From the NCBI GenBank assembly GCA_013265495.1, contig MU058667.1, positions 372,001 to 436,000 on the forward strand: a DNA stretch of 64,000 nt. Direction: 5' to 3'. Under the pieces are notes generated by a model. That model worked only from the letters and a program-made list of their open reading frames with translations. It was not told the origin of the DNA and made no database searches. Numbering within the stretch: the stretch's first letter is position 1; every line of letters begins with the position of its first letter. Both the position numbers and the translations under genes were made by a program. Origin of the DNA: Vicugna vicugna. Taxonomy: Eukaryota. Of this stretch, positions 24,520 to 38,169 are shown in pieces.

Positions 24520-24710
24520 GAATGGATATTAGAGTCAAACAGACCTGGTTTCACATTATGCCTCCACTTCTTACTACCCCTTTAACCAAGGCAAGTTCCT
24601 TAGTTATCTGAGCCTTGGTTCTTCATTTGTAAAATGGGGAAAATAAACATCTACTTCTTAAGTTGTTGCCAGATTAAGTGAAAGAAAGCCTATGTGAACA
24701 GCTGGTAGTG
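24520..24710 (+). mobile_element. MIR SINE
   Basis: agagtcaaacagacctgg...ggcaagttccttag...ctgagccttggttcttcatttgtaaaatgggg core. Confidence 0.8.
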
Positions 24711-25924
24711 TTACACAGGTCCAGCACACAGTATCACCCCTGTACTTCTGCTTTCAGTACTGACCATCCTTCTTGAGGTGGTTCTAGTTATAGCTGTCCT
24801 GTTGTCCTGTTGTAATTATTAGCAGTCACTCTTTTACTCTAACCAGCATTCTGGTTAAGATGATAAATTATATGGTCATCCTATTAACGAATCCTGACAT
24901 GCCATCCAGTCTGCTGCCAGCGGTAGAGAACTGACTTCTGCTAAAATGACACCTGGAAGCCACAATCCCAAATGAGACAGCTTAAAGCATTGGGGGTAAA
25001 GGCAACTGAAAGCCATATCCCCAAGGCAGGTGCATCCTGTACACAGCAGAGACCTCTGCAGCCATCTTGGCACTTAGGTGCACTGGCTGGTGGCATATCA
25101 GCCAGTCAGTGGCATTCAGAGCCTTGGTTTTCCTAAATGAGACAGAGTGAGTGGCCACTTTTTGGCTTTAAAAGACAGACTTCACTTACTTTTTTCTAAA
25201 CCTCACCCTTCAGAGCCTGAACTGTCTGCTGGATGTTCCCTGCTTGGGAGCCAAGTTTACCTCCACTCAGAGCTCCCTCTGTAGTCTCTTGGTCTGTATT
25301 TTTATTTCTGTAACAGCACTTAGTATGAAAACACTATTTGACTCTAAACGAAGTACCCTTCTCTGAATGCAATTTTAGCATTGATTGCTGTCCTAGACTC
25401 TGAGCTCTTCAAGGATGGGGACCATGTCTTGCTGCCATTGTGTCTCTGTCATCTACAAGTGCCTGCACAGTGGGTGTTTGACAGGTGTGTATTTAGTGGA
25501 TGGATAATGAACAGGAATGAGACGGCCAAACCCGTCCTTGGCATTGAGTACATCGGCCAGACTGGAGCGGGCTCTGCCACTCTTCCATGGCCCCTGAGGA
25601 TGTAGGGGCTGGATTCATTCTGAAGCAGGCCCCGGAAATGTGTGGCCTCGGTTCGAGATGTCTCAGTGACTTGGTAAAGACTACCTTTGGTTTACTGCAC
25701 AGGGTTGGCCACCGCTGCCAGAACCAAACTGTTATTAGCCCAAGAGATCTTCCTGGGGAAAATCATAATTTATTAGCAGTTGCTTTAAAAGAAAAGCTGA
25801 TGACATCATTTTCTCACCTCTCCTGACGGTACAGATGCAGAGGCTTGAGAGAGAGAAACTTGAATGAGTGAGGGGAGGATTGAAAGGGTGTCTGAGTGAA
25901 CGAAGCAGGAAGGAGAGTCATTCT

Positions 25925-26200
25925 TCCACACGCACATAATTCACATGTCTGATCGGTTGTGATTTGACAGCTTGCAGTATCAAAAAGGGCGATTCTCAGG
26001 GTGATCCCTCAAACACCCGCCTCTGCCAAGTGCCTGCAAACGGCTGCCCCTGGGGTATGATGTCTCTTCCTCTCTAGTCTCCCAGAGCCCTTCAAGAGCC
26101 TCTTCTTGGCAGAACTGACCGAGAACCATACCAGAAAGGGACTCTGGGAAAAGCAGCTCCAGGCTTTTCCCCTGACAAGTCAGACAGCCTGACTCTATAC
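25925..26200 (-). mobile_element. Old MaLR LTR fragment (MLT1-like)
   Basis: ttggcagaactgaccgagaaccataccagaaagggactctgggaaaagcagctcc resembles an MLT1 terminus. Confidence 0.55.
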
Positions 26201-27084
26201 ACAGTCCACATGGACCTATATTTGTTCACTCATTCATTCAATGAATAGTTAATGGAGACCTGCTATATCTCAGTCTGCGCTTCTATTGGTTAAATTTCTC
26301 TAAGACTTGAGCACAGGTTTGTACCTTCTAATTCTTTTTCTATCTTCTACAGTATATGGCACAACTCTGGACACACAAGCAGATGTGTGCTGTTAGCCTG
26401 TTAACTGACCTTAAACATGGCTAGCCTGGTATTTCCAATGGAAGAGGGCGAGATGAGAAAAATCACTCACATGTGTCTGTATAGATAGATATTTTATGTG
26501 AGTATGTTGTGTATACCTTAGTATTGTAAAGGCAGAACATGCTAATTAAAGATAATTTGAAAAAAACTACATAATTTAAAATGTTTTAATTACTTTTAGT
26601 TCATTATTTAGCAAAATTATTGTTTTACAAAGTAATCATTTGCCAACATTTTTATTTTCCTTCAGTTATTTTTTTCTTTTAGACAGTATTATTACTTTAT
26701 ATCTTTTCCTTAATATTATATTATAGGTATTTTAATGTTAGTATATTTTTAAAATTTTAATAGCTTAGGAGCAGCCAATTGAATAGATTCATCATTGTTT
26801 AATCACCCACCTACTGCTAGAAGTTTAGATTGTTTCCAGTGTCAGGTATCGTGTAAGCCTTTACTTTCCTTTGGTTGGTAGGTTGGGTCCTGGTGAGTCT
26901 GGGTTTGTAACCTCTCCTTCCTCCCTCTCCCAGCCCTTGAGATGACCAAAAGGGCTGGAGGGTGTTGTTGGCTCAGGACTGTTAGTACCCGTGCGAGTAG
27001 GTCTCCCAGTTTGTTGGCCAGAATGAACATCACTGGCCTCCAGGGACCCCTGCTTTAGTGCAGAGGAAGGAATCCATCCTGGAT

Positions 27085-27190
27085 GCCAAAGAGGAAACCT
27101 GGCTTCTAGGCCTGGTTGTGAGTTAACTGCTGTGTGACAATGGGCATGTGTCCTCACCTCTCTGAGCCCATTTTCCCTCATTTGAGAGAA
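27085..27190 (+). mobile_element. MIR SINE
   Basis: ctgtgtgacaatgggcatgtgtcctcacctctctgagcccattttccctcattt. Confidence 0.7.
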
Positions 27191-28184
27191 TGACCAGTTA
27201 GTCTACGGACCTCAGTAGCTCAGTTGCTCTTTAGATTAATTTCATCTCTGAACTGCCCTGGTATGATGAACTGCTGGGCTACTCTCCTTCCATTCTGAGC
27301 GGTCAGGACTTTTCCTCTTGGGAGGGGGGATCTCAGCTCAGGGGTTGAGATCCCTTCCCCCACCTCCCTGCCTTTGCCCTCGCTGGCTGCTTCTTTCCTC
27401 CACCTGCATTGCCTTTCTTCCCAGCTCAGAGATGATGTCTGCAGGGTGACCAGCTCAGGGTGCCCACTTTGCTTTCCTTTCTCCTCCTCAGTACAAAGTA
27501 CAGCTCAGATCTTCCCTCTTTGAAGAATGTCCTCTAACTGGGCTGCCGCAGGCATGTCCTGGTCCCCATGGCAGCCCTAACCATGCTGTGAACCTGCTGC
27601 CATTGCCCCAACTGGCTGTGAGTTCCTCCTGGCACATACCAAGCCTCACTGCTCTGTAGCAAGGTGTTAGTGACTGTGTGGAATAAAGGAATAAAAGTGC
27701 ACCACCCAGAGAACGCTTGCTTTAAGCAGACAGGCCTGGAGCTGGCAGAAATTAAGCACAAGCCACCCTCAACTGAAAAACAGGAAAGCAACTTGGGGAG
27801 GTTTCCTTTGTTGCCCTGGTTGGAGCAGGATGCACGTTTTTAGTGCTGAGAATTCCAAACTGAAGACTTTTACTTTATCAGCATATCCGTTTCCAGCATC
27901 CTTTAAATGCTAATTAGAGTCTCTCCCCAGGGATATTTGGCAGATTCCACTTCACTCTGAATAATTTTCATCCTCTTTGTGCAGAGAGGTGGGGATGGAG
28001 TGAGGGTGTTACCTGGACACCTCTCGAGTCCCCTGTTCTACACTCAAAGTTGTCTCATTTCCTCTCCCTCCACCTACCGCCTCTACAGCTCTGAGAAGAG
28101 CCCGCTCCTGGCGCGCCTCCCTGTGCGAACGAACGTGGAGGCAGAAATAAAACTGGCTCATTTAATAGCCAGGACCACCTTTTT

Positions 28185-28475
28185 GGGTAGGTTTTATCAT
28201 CTCCATTTTCACAGATGAGGAATCCAAGACACAGAGACCTTTATTAACTTGCCCAAGTCAGAGATTAAATGGCAGAGGCGGTACAAACACGAGCCTGGGT
28301 CCAAATGGGGGGCTTCTCAAGGGCAGCTTCTGTGCAGAATAATCCTTACACATTCTAATCCATTTATTCTGTGAACCCTCACAAAAACCCAGGAGGCAGC
28401 TGACTAGCCCCATTTTGCAGTAAAAGGAAGAAACTGAGGCACGAGATGGAAAGCAGCTGTGCAAGGTCACAGGGC
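28185..28475 (-). mobile_element. Two adjacent MIR fragments
   Basis: ccattttcacagatgaggaa...acttgcccaagtca and cccattttgcag...gaaactgaggc...gcaaggtcacag. Confidence 0.7.
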
Positions 28476-28849
28476 TACGAAATGGCTTCACCCTCCTCCG
28501 TGTCTGACTTGGGACCGTGTCTCTGCCTGTGCCTCTTCCTCCTCTGCCTGGTGTCCTCATTTACCCAAAGGCAAGAGCTGCATTCAGGTCATTATGCGGT
28601 GCAGCTCAGTGAGTATTTGTCCCAGTGGGAATGATGTGGGACAGCCTGCAGGTGGTCACCCAGGCCCCAGTGGGGTGGGCTGGGGGGTCTCTGTGAAGTT
28701 GGAATCTTGCAAGCAGGAAATTTCTGTCAATGAGCCCAAGTCTCTGGTCTGAGGGACAGGACACACCTCCTCCCCGCGTAGTTCTAGAGGCTCTAGTTGA
28801 ATAAACTTTCCCTGTGTGACCACATCTTCCACGTCCTGGTGCTTGGGAA

Positions 28850-29460
28850 GCAGGACATTAAGATTACTCTCCTGGACAACACTAACGCCTCCTAACTGGC
28901 CGCCCAGAGCCTCTCTCGCCTCCCTCCAGCCCACTCACCGCGCAAAAGTCAGAATAAACGATAAAAATGGCAAAGCTGAGGATGTCACTCACTGCCTGGA
29001 AACACCTTCATGGTTTCCCATTGCTCTTAAGATAATGGCCAAATCCTTAACTTGACCATCACATAGGAGCACTTGTCTGCCCTCACTTCAGCCACATTGG
29101 TGTTCCTTGGTTTGCTCTTTTCCACCTTGGGACCTTTTGTTCTTGGTAGTCCTTTATTCTAAAATATTCTCCATGCTATGCCAGGCTCAATTCTCGTCTT
29201 TTAAATCTTGGCTTCAATGTCCCTTCCTCAGAAAACCATCGCCAACTCATCTCCACCTCCTCTTGTAGCATTTCCCTTTCATGAGATTTATCATCACGTA
29301 TCACCAGTTTTTTATTAGTGGAAGCAGTGTTTCAGTGTTGATTCCTCACTGGCATGGAGGCTCTTTTGTGGAGCAGGGGCCCCCTGTCCTGGATTCCCAG
29401 CACCCAGCACCCTACAACATGTACATAGTAGACCTCTGACAGATAATTGTTGAATAAAGG
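28850..29460 (+). mobile_element. L2 3' region
   Basis: gtcactcactgcctggaaacaccttcatggtttcccattgctctt...; ends catagtagacctctgacagataattgttgaataaa. Confidence 0.7.
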
Positions 29461-30954
29461 ATGTTAAGGAGTGGGCCATTCTTACCTTGGAAGCTACTTC
29501 CTGCAGACACTTGAATTTTCCAAACTTGATTTTTCAGAAGCTTTTCTTGAAAACTTCATCCAAATGAAGTTGTCCTTACATTCGGAACATCATGGGCTAT
29601 GGGGAACAGACAACTGCAGAGAATTTCTGCTCATAATTAAATTGTAGCTGATGAAATAAGTGACACGTTGATCGGTCTCCCTGCTCGTGTATTTGGGACT
29701 GTGTGTTGCATGCTAATTGCTAGCCTAAATCAATTCAAGTCCTTTGGGAAAAAGCTCTTCCCTTCTTTAAAGCAGAAGTAAGAAAAAATGCTTAGAGAGT
29801 CACGGATGGCAGCTGGGCTCTGGCAGAGACTGGAAGGGACAGAAGGGCGGGAACTTTCAGGTCCCGTAGCTCTGTTTTCACCAGTCACGGCTGAAGGGGA
29901 GGCGGATGAGTCAGATCTGGGTTTTGGGGCCTTAATCAACTCAGGCTGTGGAAATGTGCCTCACAGTCCACTGCGGCGCTTCTCAGCCCTTAGAAGAGGC
30001 AAATAACAAGAAAACCATTGGATTTTAGGCATTCAGTCTAAAAAATCATCGACTCTAAGCTGTCCCATGGTTAGTACAGCTTTAGTGCAGTTTTCTTTCT
30101 TCTTCTGCAAATTTAGGATCAGGTAGGGAGAACGGATGTTGGTAATGAGGATCCGGAGGTCTCAAAGCATGCTCAGAGCTCTGGGAATGGCTTGATTGCA
30201 GGCAGACGGCTCTTACTTACTGAGGCAGGAAAGTAAAATCCAAATCAAGATTCATGAAAATTTTACATTTTTTTTAATACAAATTGCTCTCAGTCATTCC
30301 AGAAATCTCTATTCAGTTTATTATACAAGGGGTCCCAGACACCGCGTCTGTCCTTGAGGCCTGTGCCCGGTGAAGAGAGAAGCGAGTGCTCTAGACAAGG
30401 CACAATGATGGGCTTGGCGGGGCTGGGATAAAACATCCCCCTGCTACTGCACAGGTGTGTCACCTGCAGCAGCTGGACTTTAGCAGGTTGTCTCCTGATA
30501 CAAGCGGTCAATTTAATCTATGGGAAGAGGTCCTGTACATAAAGTGAGAGCTCTCTGAAGATATTCTCACTGCCAGTCACCTGGGGAGGAGGCAGGGTTC
30601 TCAGATAGGAAAGGGAACCTTGTAAGGTATCAGGCAGGAGGGATGGAGAAGTCCTGTTTTGCTCAGGGCCTCTTTTGCTTTTACTTTTAAGACCCTAATA
30701 TGCCTAGACTCACCTGGGAGTGCTTACCATGCATCAGGTACTGGGCTGAGTTTCCTTATACAGGACTCCCAGCCTTAAAATGGAAGCTGTGATTATGTGC
30801 ATTTTTACAGAAGGGTAGGCTGAGACTCTGAGAGATGAAGTTTTACAATGAGTAAGGGAGATGGTGCTGGGCTTCGAAACAAGGAATGGTTTAATGCACA
30901 GCCTGCACCTTTATCCGTGGAGCTATTATGCATTCTGGGTGGTGGGTCTGAAAC

Positions 30955-31147
30955 AGTGATATGCCGGTAACTGTTTAATGTACTAGCTCTGGAAGAAAAA
31001 AAAAAGAAAAAAAAAAACCTTGATTTTTTTGCTGATTTCTGTGTAGTAAACATTCCCATCATGGCCAATTTGAAGCCACCAAATCGAAGACACTGAACAG
31101 GGAGGTGGGAAGAGATGCACCCAGTTGAGCCAATTCTGGCACACCTG
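30955..31147. mobile_element. hAT-Blackjack MITE (MER63-like)
   Basis: cagtgatatgccggtaa start; gtaaacattcccatcatggccaattt...gggaagagatgcac internal motif; gcacacctg end. Confidence 0.7.
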
Positions 31148-31364
31148 GGGACTGAAGTCACTCACACCACAGAAGCAGCTAGAAAGTTCTACAGGCGTGA
31201 AGTCTACATGCTCTGGAGAATAAAGCCTGTAATACTGAGCTGAGTAAAACCTTGAGAACTGGTTTATTCAATAACATAGTGCTATCTTCTTTTGTTTTCC
31301 ACAAGATTTACTGATTCCCTGAATGAATGCCTCTCCTTGCTCAGCTGTACCACAAAACATTTAG

Positions 31365-31530
31365 GAGAAGGGGGAAGCCCCCCCTCGGCGACCCCCACCA
31401 GTCTCGAGGGGAGGTGGCAGAGATGCTTAGTGAGACCTCCCCAAGGGCGGGGGGAATGTGGGCGGTAGCGCTGTGGCCGCCCCACCTCTCAGGAAAGCCT
31501 TCTTCCGTTTGATTATTTCAGGGAGGTGGC
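31365..31530. promoter_or_regulatory. GC-box cluster
   Basis: gggcgggggg, gggcgg and ccgcccc within ~45 bp, with several CpGs. Confidence 0.35.
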
Positions 31531-31674
31531 CATCTTCCTCTAAAGGAGCTTTGAAATGTTCTCTGAGGTAACTGAGCTCTAGCCCCATTCTTTTCCCTCA
31601 TTGTCTGAGGCCACCTCTTGACCTTTAACCCCAAGGTCATCCTCACCCTTGTTTTCCGGTGACTGTCAGCTTCC

Positions 31675-31805
31675 CCTTAACTGGGTGACTTTTGGACCAC
31701 ATGTATCAGAATCACCTGGAGTGCCTGCCGAAATGCGGACTTCAGGCCCAGGAAGCTGCGTTTAAGCAGCTCTCCAGTTTGATGATTATGTTCAGTGTTC
31801 CACAG
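31675..31805. mobile_element. MER5-like hAT-Charlie MITE
   Basis: gtatcagaatcacctggagtgc...aaatgcggacttcaggccc. Confidence 0.65.
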
Positions 31806-31996
31806 CCAGTTCTCTCAGCCGTATTTTCTAACATGTCTCCAGCAGAACCAGAGGTAATAGAACATTGATAGGCGTTATGTAAAAAAAAAAAAAGAGGCCT
31901 CGATCTCGATGGCAGGGGTCTGCAAAGAGCTAAACATTGAGTGGTGGTCTCTTTCTGTATGGTCCTTGAGCTCAGAAGGGCTTTTGCATTTTTAAA

Positions 31997-32025
31997 GCGC
32001 GCGCACACACACACACACACACACA
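31997..32025. repeat. (GC)n(CA)n microsatellite
   Basis: gcgcgcgcacacacacacacacacacaca. Confidence 0.9.
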
Positions 32026-33941
32026 AGCAAAAGAAATGTGACTGTAGGAAGGCTTGGCACCGTCAGTAAGCTAATGTGCACTGGGGCTCTTCGAGAGGGT
32101 GGATAGCATTTCCCAATCGTGTCTGAACACAGAATTCCTCCTTTCTTCATTTTTATCTTTTTATAAAGCATATTGCAGAAGCAGTGTTCTGTGGAATATG
32201 CTCTGAGAAACACTGTTCTAAATAAATTAATTCCAATTCAAATTTGGCAATGAGGTTCCCTGAATCTTTCATTGTGCTCTTTTCCTTTATCTTGGTCAGG
32301 AGTGTGGTTCCTTCTCCTGACTCCATGGATTCGGTCCATTCTTCCAGGCTTTTTCGTCACCTCTTCTCTTTCCCACCTACTATCTCCTACGTCAGTCACA
32401 CTCTTTCCCTTCAGAACTCTTAGAGCACTTAGTATGTGTTCAGTAAAGCCATGGCTTTCTGAAGCTCCGTGGAAATAAAGGATTCTAGAAAACAGTATTT
32501 TTTGGCTATCTGAGGGGATACCATTTTTGGCAAGAAAACATTATTTAACCTAATTCTTTGGGACAGGGAACTTTTGAACCATACTGAATTAATTCTCTAA
32601 TTGAACATAATTTTATTTTCATGACATGGTGATGGAAAGATGAGAAAAATTGTGTTTCCAGCTCAGTTACACCACTAATGAGATGGGAGGCCTGAGAAGT
32701 CATTTTTCTACCTTGGCTTCTGAGAAAATGAGGTTATTGGCCTCGATGTTCTTTAAGGTTCCTCCAAGTTCTGACATTCTGTGATGTTCTGGGATTACAG
32801 AGTTTCAGGAAAGGAAATGGGATGAGGCAAGTGCACTCAAATTTCTATTAATTTACATCTGATGATTTCTTCCTGGCCACACCCATCAGTTCCTATTGCT
32901 AAATTGTGGTAACCATACAGATTTAAGAAACATTCTAATTGATACTTAATTCTACTTGGTGAACAAAACTCAAATTTTTGCACAGCGACAGATTAGGAAT
33001 CAAAGATTTTCTTAATACTATTAGGTGGATTTTGTTTTTCATGAGTGAGTCTGGCAAGGCTTTGATCATGGACTTGGACAGAATGTTGGTATTTTTATGC
33101 CTTTGAGAAAGCCCCAGCTGTCTCAGACACTCTGTCCCTGAGGTCTCACAAATCTGACTTGATCTCTCTTAATTTATTTCCCAGATAAAGCTATTGAGTG
33201 TGGGAGAGTTGCTTTTCACTTTACAGGAAGGTCACGAACTTCACTTTTGTGGATTTCTATTTAAGTTGATGCCACTGGCATGCAGACTTCAGCTAGGCTT
33301 TTACTGTGCTTCCAGATCCTTCCATCATCTCTGACTTTCCAGTGAATTCCCAAGAGCCCGTCCCAACAGTTCCATTTTCTCCTCAAGTTTCAACCCATCC
33401 ATCCTTCTCAGCCCAGCAAAAGGCTGCACTTTTCTTCTCCATTGTAAAGCTCCAGAAGCACGCAATGACTCTTCCTTTCCTCATTCACTCATTCAGTCAA
33501 CATTTCTTGAAAGGTCAGTCTGTATGAATTGGGCAGAGTCCTTCCCCTTGGAGGTACTTCCAGTCTGGTGGGGAGTTAGAAAAAATAAACACACCAGTAA
33601 ACGTGTCTCTTACAAGTCTTTGAATACCAGAGAAGGAGCATTTACTTTGCTTGAATGGAAGAGTCAGGAAGATTTCCCAGAGGTGCTCTGTGAGTCGTGT
33701 CTGAGAGGATGAGTCAGAGTTCAACAGGAGACAGTTGGGTGTCCAGTGCTCCGGGTGGCGGGAACAATCTGTGCAAGGCCACGAAGGCAGGACAAAGTGT
33801 GACAGGATGAGAGTGAGGGGGCTGGAGAGGAGGGCATGGGGCCGTGTTGGGAGAGGAGTTGGAAAAGCTGGTCTGGGAGGAAGAAATGTCTTTCCTCATC
33901 TGTTCTCCCAACTCCACTCCCTTTGGCCTTTCTCCAGCAGG

Positions 33942-34619
33942 TTTTTAAAAATTTTTCTTGTATATATGTATTTTTTATTGAAATCTAGTCAGTTTACAAT
34001 GTTGTGTCAATCTCTGGTGTACAGCACAGTGCTTCCATCTTACACACACTTACATATATTCATTTTCATATTCTTTTTCATCATAAGTTACCAGATATTG
34101 AATATAGTTCCCTGTGCAATACAGCATGAACTTGTTGTTTATCTATTTTTATATATAGTAATTAGTATCTGCAAATCTCGAACTCCCAGTTTATCCCTTC
34201 CCACCCCTTTTCCCTGCTGGTAACTATAAGTTTGTTCTCTATGTCTGTGAGTCTGTTTCTGTTTTGTAAATAAGTTCATTTGTCTTTTTTTTTCTTTTTT
34301 AATTCCACATATAAGTGAAATCATGTGGTATTTTTCTTTCTCTTTCTGGCTTACTTCACTTAGAATGACAATCTCCAGGTCCAGCCATGTTGCTGCAAAT
34401 GGCATTATTTTTCTATTTTCTATGGCTGAGTAGGATTTCATTGTATAACTATACCACAGCTTCTTTATCCAGTCATCTGTTGACGGACATTTAGGTTGTT
34501 TCCATCTCTTGGCTATTGCAAATAGTGCTGCTATGAACACTGGGGTGCATGTATATTTTTGAATTAAGGTTCCCTCTGGATATATGCCCAGGAGTGGGAT
34601 TGCTAGATCATATGGTGAG
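33942..34619 (-). mobile_element. 5'-truncated camelid-type L1
   Basis: Minus ORF with the L1 ORF2 end (PYDLAIPLLGIYP...KYHMISLICGI); TSD tctccagca at 33931-33939 / 34620-34628. Confidence 0.95.
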
Positions 34620-35269
34620 TCTCCAGCATCTTGCTTCAACAATGCCCATTTTGAGTTCCCTTTCATATCTTATCTTTCAGCTCAGAGAGGCTCAAATCTT
34701 ATCTTTCTTCAACACACACCCCCCCACACACACACCAATTTCCCCCTACTCTGCTTTAAGCTTGCCCCTCATGCCCTTAGTACCTAGTTTCACGCTCTTG
34801 AGAGAGTAGTTTGTCTCACTTTCTTTACTTCTTCGCCTCCACGTCTCTCCATCCTGTTGCAATCTGGCTTGAGAAAAAAATGAGAAGAGTGATCTAAAAC
34901 CTGTGAGTCAATTTTTTTTTGTTCACCCCACTGTGAATGTTAAAGAATGCCATTTTATTTTCTTCTTTACTTATTTGCAGCTCATGTAGGCTCAATTCCT
35001 CTCTGAATATATTTTAATTTGCTTAAAACAAGGACGTCCTCTTTTCTCTGCACAATTATGTAAAGCCAATGGCTTATCTTTAATTCCAAGGTCATAGGGA
35101 TGCCCATTTTGATGCTGAAACAGGAATCTATTTTCCTTTATCACTCAGAGGAGAAACGTGCACTAATGGGAACACAGAAGAACATGAGAGAGAGGATTCA
35201 CTCAGGGGAAATGCCATGAGGGCTAGGTGTGCCTGTTTGCGCAGAGGTCATTTCTACCATTCCAGTGAT

Positions 35270-35765
35270 TTCACAAATATTTGATAGGTGTTACTACGTG
35301 CCAGGCACTGGGGATACTGAGATGCAAGCTGTAGTTCCTGAATTCATGGGTTCACAGTTTGGGGAGACAGACCAAAATGTCACAGGTTACAGTTTGGCGG
35401 TTTACTAGGCGCCAGGAGGAAAAGGGCAGAGAACACCAAGTGAAAGGAGCATGTGAGGTAGCCTTTGATGGGCAAAGCGTCTTAGAGGACAGATAGAAGC
35501 CCACCAGGCAGCTGAGGGAGGAAAGGTCTTTTAGGCAGAGGAAACAGACTAAGAGAAGAGATACATGAGAAAGCGGTGCAACCAGGGAACTACAGCTGGT
35601 TTTACTGCTTGTTGTGGCTGAAACTTAGGGTAGAGTTGTAGATGCTTAAATGCTGTATAATGAAGACCTTGAGGTCCATGTGTAAGGTGCTAGATTTTAC
35701 CCTTCAGTAAGAGGAGCCACTGAGGGGTGTTAATCGGGGCAGTACTATGACTAGGACTGTCTGTA
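35270..35765 (-). mobile_element. L2 3' region
   Basis: caaatatttgatagg...tacgtgccaggcactggg start; ttttaggcagaggaaacag; gagccactgagggg. Confidence 0.7.
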
Positions 35766-36214
35766 ACTGATCATGGCAAGACATCCTTTCCCTACTTTCC
35801 CTTTGATATCTCTCCCTGATCTTCCTACTCAGATTCTTGTTCTTTGTTTCAATACCTTCATTCATTCTTCCCCTCTCTCCCAACCCCACCCAAACTTGCC
35901 ATTCTTCTTGGTTCTCTTATTCAATGACCAGGTTCTGCCGCCCCTCCTTTTCTAGTCCAGAAACCTCCCTTCCTCATCCCCCCATGTCTAGTTTTGTGAT
36001 TCTGAATCTTTCCTAATACTGTTCATTTCCTCCTCTCCATCTCCCAGACAAATTTTCTGACTTGGCTTTAGCTCTCACCATTCCTTTCCTGAGTTAATGC
36101 CTCCCCTACTGAATGGATCTCTTGGCCTCAGACATCCTTCATAACTCGGCTAGCGTAAACCCTGTGCAAGGGGAATCTGATCATCTTGTGTCCCTGGTTA
36201 AAAATCACCACTCT

Positions 36215-36680
36215 GCAGGAAGCAGACTCCCACAGCCTCTGCGAGTGGGCTGACAGGGATCACTGATCCCGGGTAGGGAGACAGTCAGACCCCATCTCCC
36301 AGGAAACTGGAAATGGACTTCAGAACCAGAAGCCAGTCTCTATGGGTACCTGAACTGAGCACTGAGAAGAAAACAGAACCTGGGCAACCATGTTTAGCCT
36401 GTTTACAAGTGGAAAAGAAAAACTGCTCTGCAGAGATGTGCAGAGGGAAGAGGGGATGGTCCCAAAGAGAAGGGGTCTCCGTGATGGGTGTGTCTATGGC
36501 CTGGTTTGGAGGGTGTGTTCAGTTCCTGGCACCAAGTCTTCCTGAAGCCTGTCTGCACATCCTGCCTTTGAGTTCATACTGATACTTCTCTTCATCCCAA
36601 AAGTGTAACATTTGCTTAACGTTGCTCAAGGAAGTTCTGTTTCTTACAACAAAAACCTTATAAAAGGGAGACTAATGGAA
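36215..36680 (+). mobile_element. MaLR LTR (MLT1-like)
   Basis: 3' end ttcctgaagcc...tttgcttaa...ttctgtttcttacaacaaaa...gactaat. Confidence 0.55.
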
Positions 36681-38169
36681 CCCAATACACATTTAGGCCC
36701 CTCTGACCTTTATTTAGATCTGTGGTTTCTTCACGTCCATCGTTTGCTCAAGAGAGCACAGATTCAGGTGCCGCCTTGAGTTAAATCAAAGTCTGACACA
36801 CTATCCATCGTGCTTTTACCCCTCTGGGATCACGGCCTAGAACTGAATCTCGTAACTCAGGACAAGCTTTTAACATGCCTGGGGCTCTTTTTCATCATAA
36901 ACGGATGGCTGTTACTGCCATACAGAGCTGTTAATGATGTCAGGGGCTTTGGACATTTCCATGGAAATCACAATTTCCCAGAACCTTGGATGTTTATTCA
37001 CTCAAGATTAATCTAATGTTTTATTTGACAGAACTGTGTTTTGCATTGGAGATACAAAGAAAAATGAAATGCAGTCCTTAACCCACAGGACTCTTAGACT
37101 TTTTGGGGGTAGATAAAAGTTTTAAAATGCTTGAATTACTGATGATGAAACTGAGGCCTAAAATAGGAGATGTGACTTAATTAAAGACTTACTGGTAATC
37201 TCTTTTCTTTCCATGCTGAATATGTATGCTGTTTGGGCACTGAATTATTCTACATCTTTTGGCCCAATTGGAATGGCAACGGTGGAAAATTAGAGGCTTG
37301 CATTAGTGACTTCAAAGAGAATGTGGATCCAGCATTCTTGGAAATTATATAAGTATTAAGATTGCCAGGCATTAGCTCTACTTTTGGAAATAACCAATTG
37401 AGTTTTATGAGGTCATTCAACTTAGTGAAAATGAAAAAAAATAGATGCAAAATACTTTCAAAGTTGCCTAATCAGTTGATTTCTGGTAACAGTGAAATGC
37501 AATAACTAGGTCAACAACAATGTGGTATCAATTTAGGGAGGCCACATGAGGCTATTATACTTGTTATCTTGAACCCATGGATTTTTGTAAAGTCTAGACA
37601 AAGGATATTCCAAAATGGAAGCACAGAGTCAATCAAAAAGGGTTGATACATCAGAGCGGTATCTTAAAAGCCCTGATACCAGCTAGGCTGGATAGTAGAT
37701 AGCCCAGGGTGAAAGACAGGAAGAAGGCATTCTGAAAGTATATCAAGTGTATATTAAAACGTGTAACAAAAACATGGTGAAGCTGGTGGCAGGGTTACCT
37801 ATGCCTTGTATTGAAAGGACTGTCTTGGGGAGCTCAGCCTAGGTGGAGAAATAAAATTGGCCTTGAGAAGAGGCAAGGTCAAGGTGGAAAGAAAACTGGC
37901 TGTGTCAGACGGAAGGAGGCAATGAGCAGGTGCGCATTGTGTAGGAAAAGGAGCAAGAAAGTTAGTGATGTCAAGAGCTAGTCACAGAATTACTCAGGGC
38001 TGAATCTGGGCGTTGAGTATGCCCAGGTAGGTTGGACTTAAAGAACCTCCCCGGGTTGGTTGGAGTTTCTAGGTTTTAACATTAGAAAGGGCTAGGAAAG
38101 ACTTTTTTTTTTTTTTAAAGAAAGTACATAATAAGGTCATACTGATATTTAAAATTCAAATATGGACAG

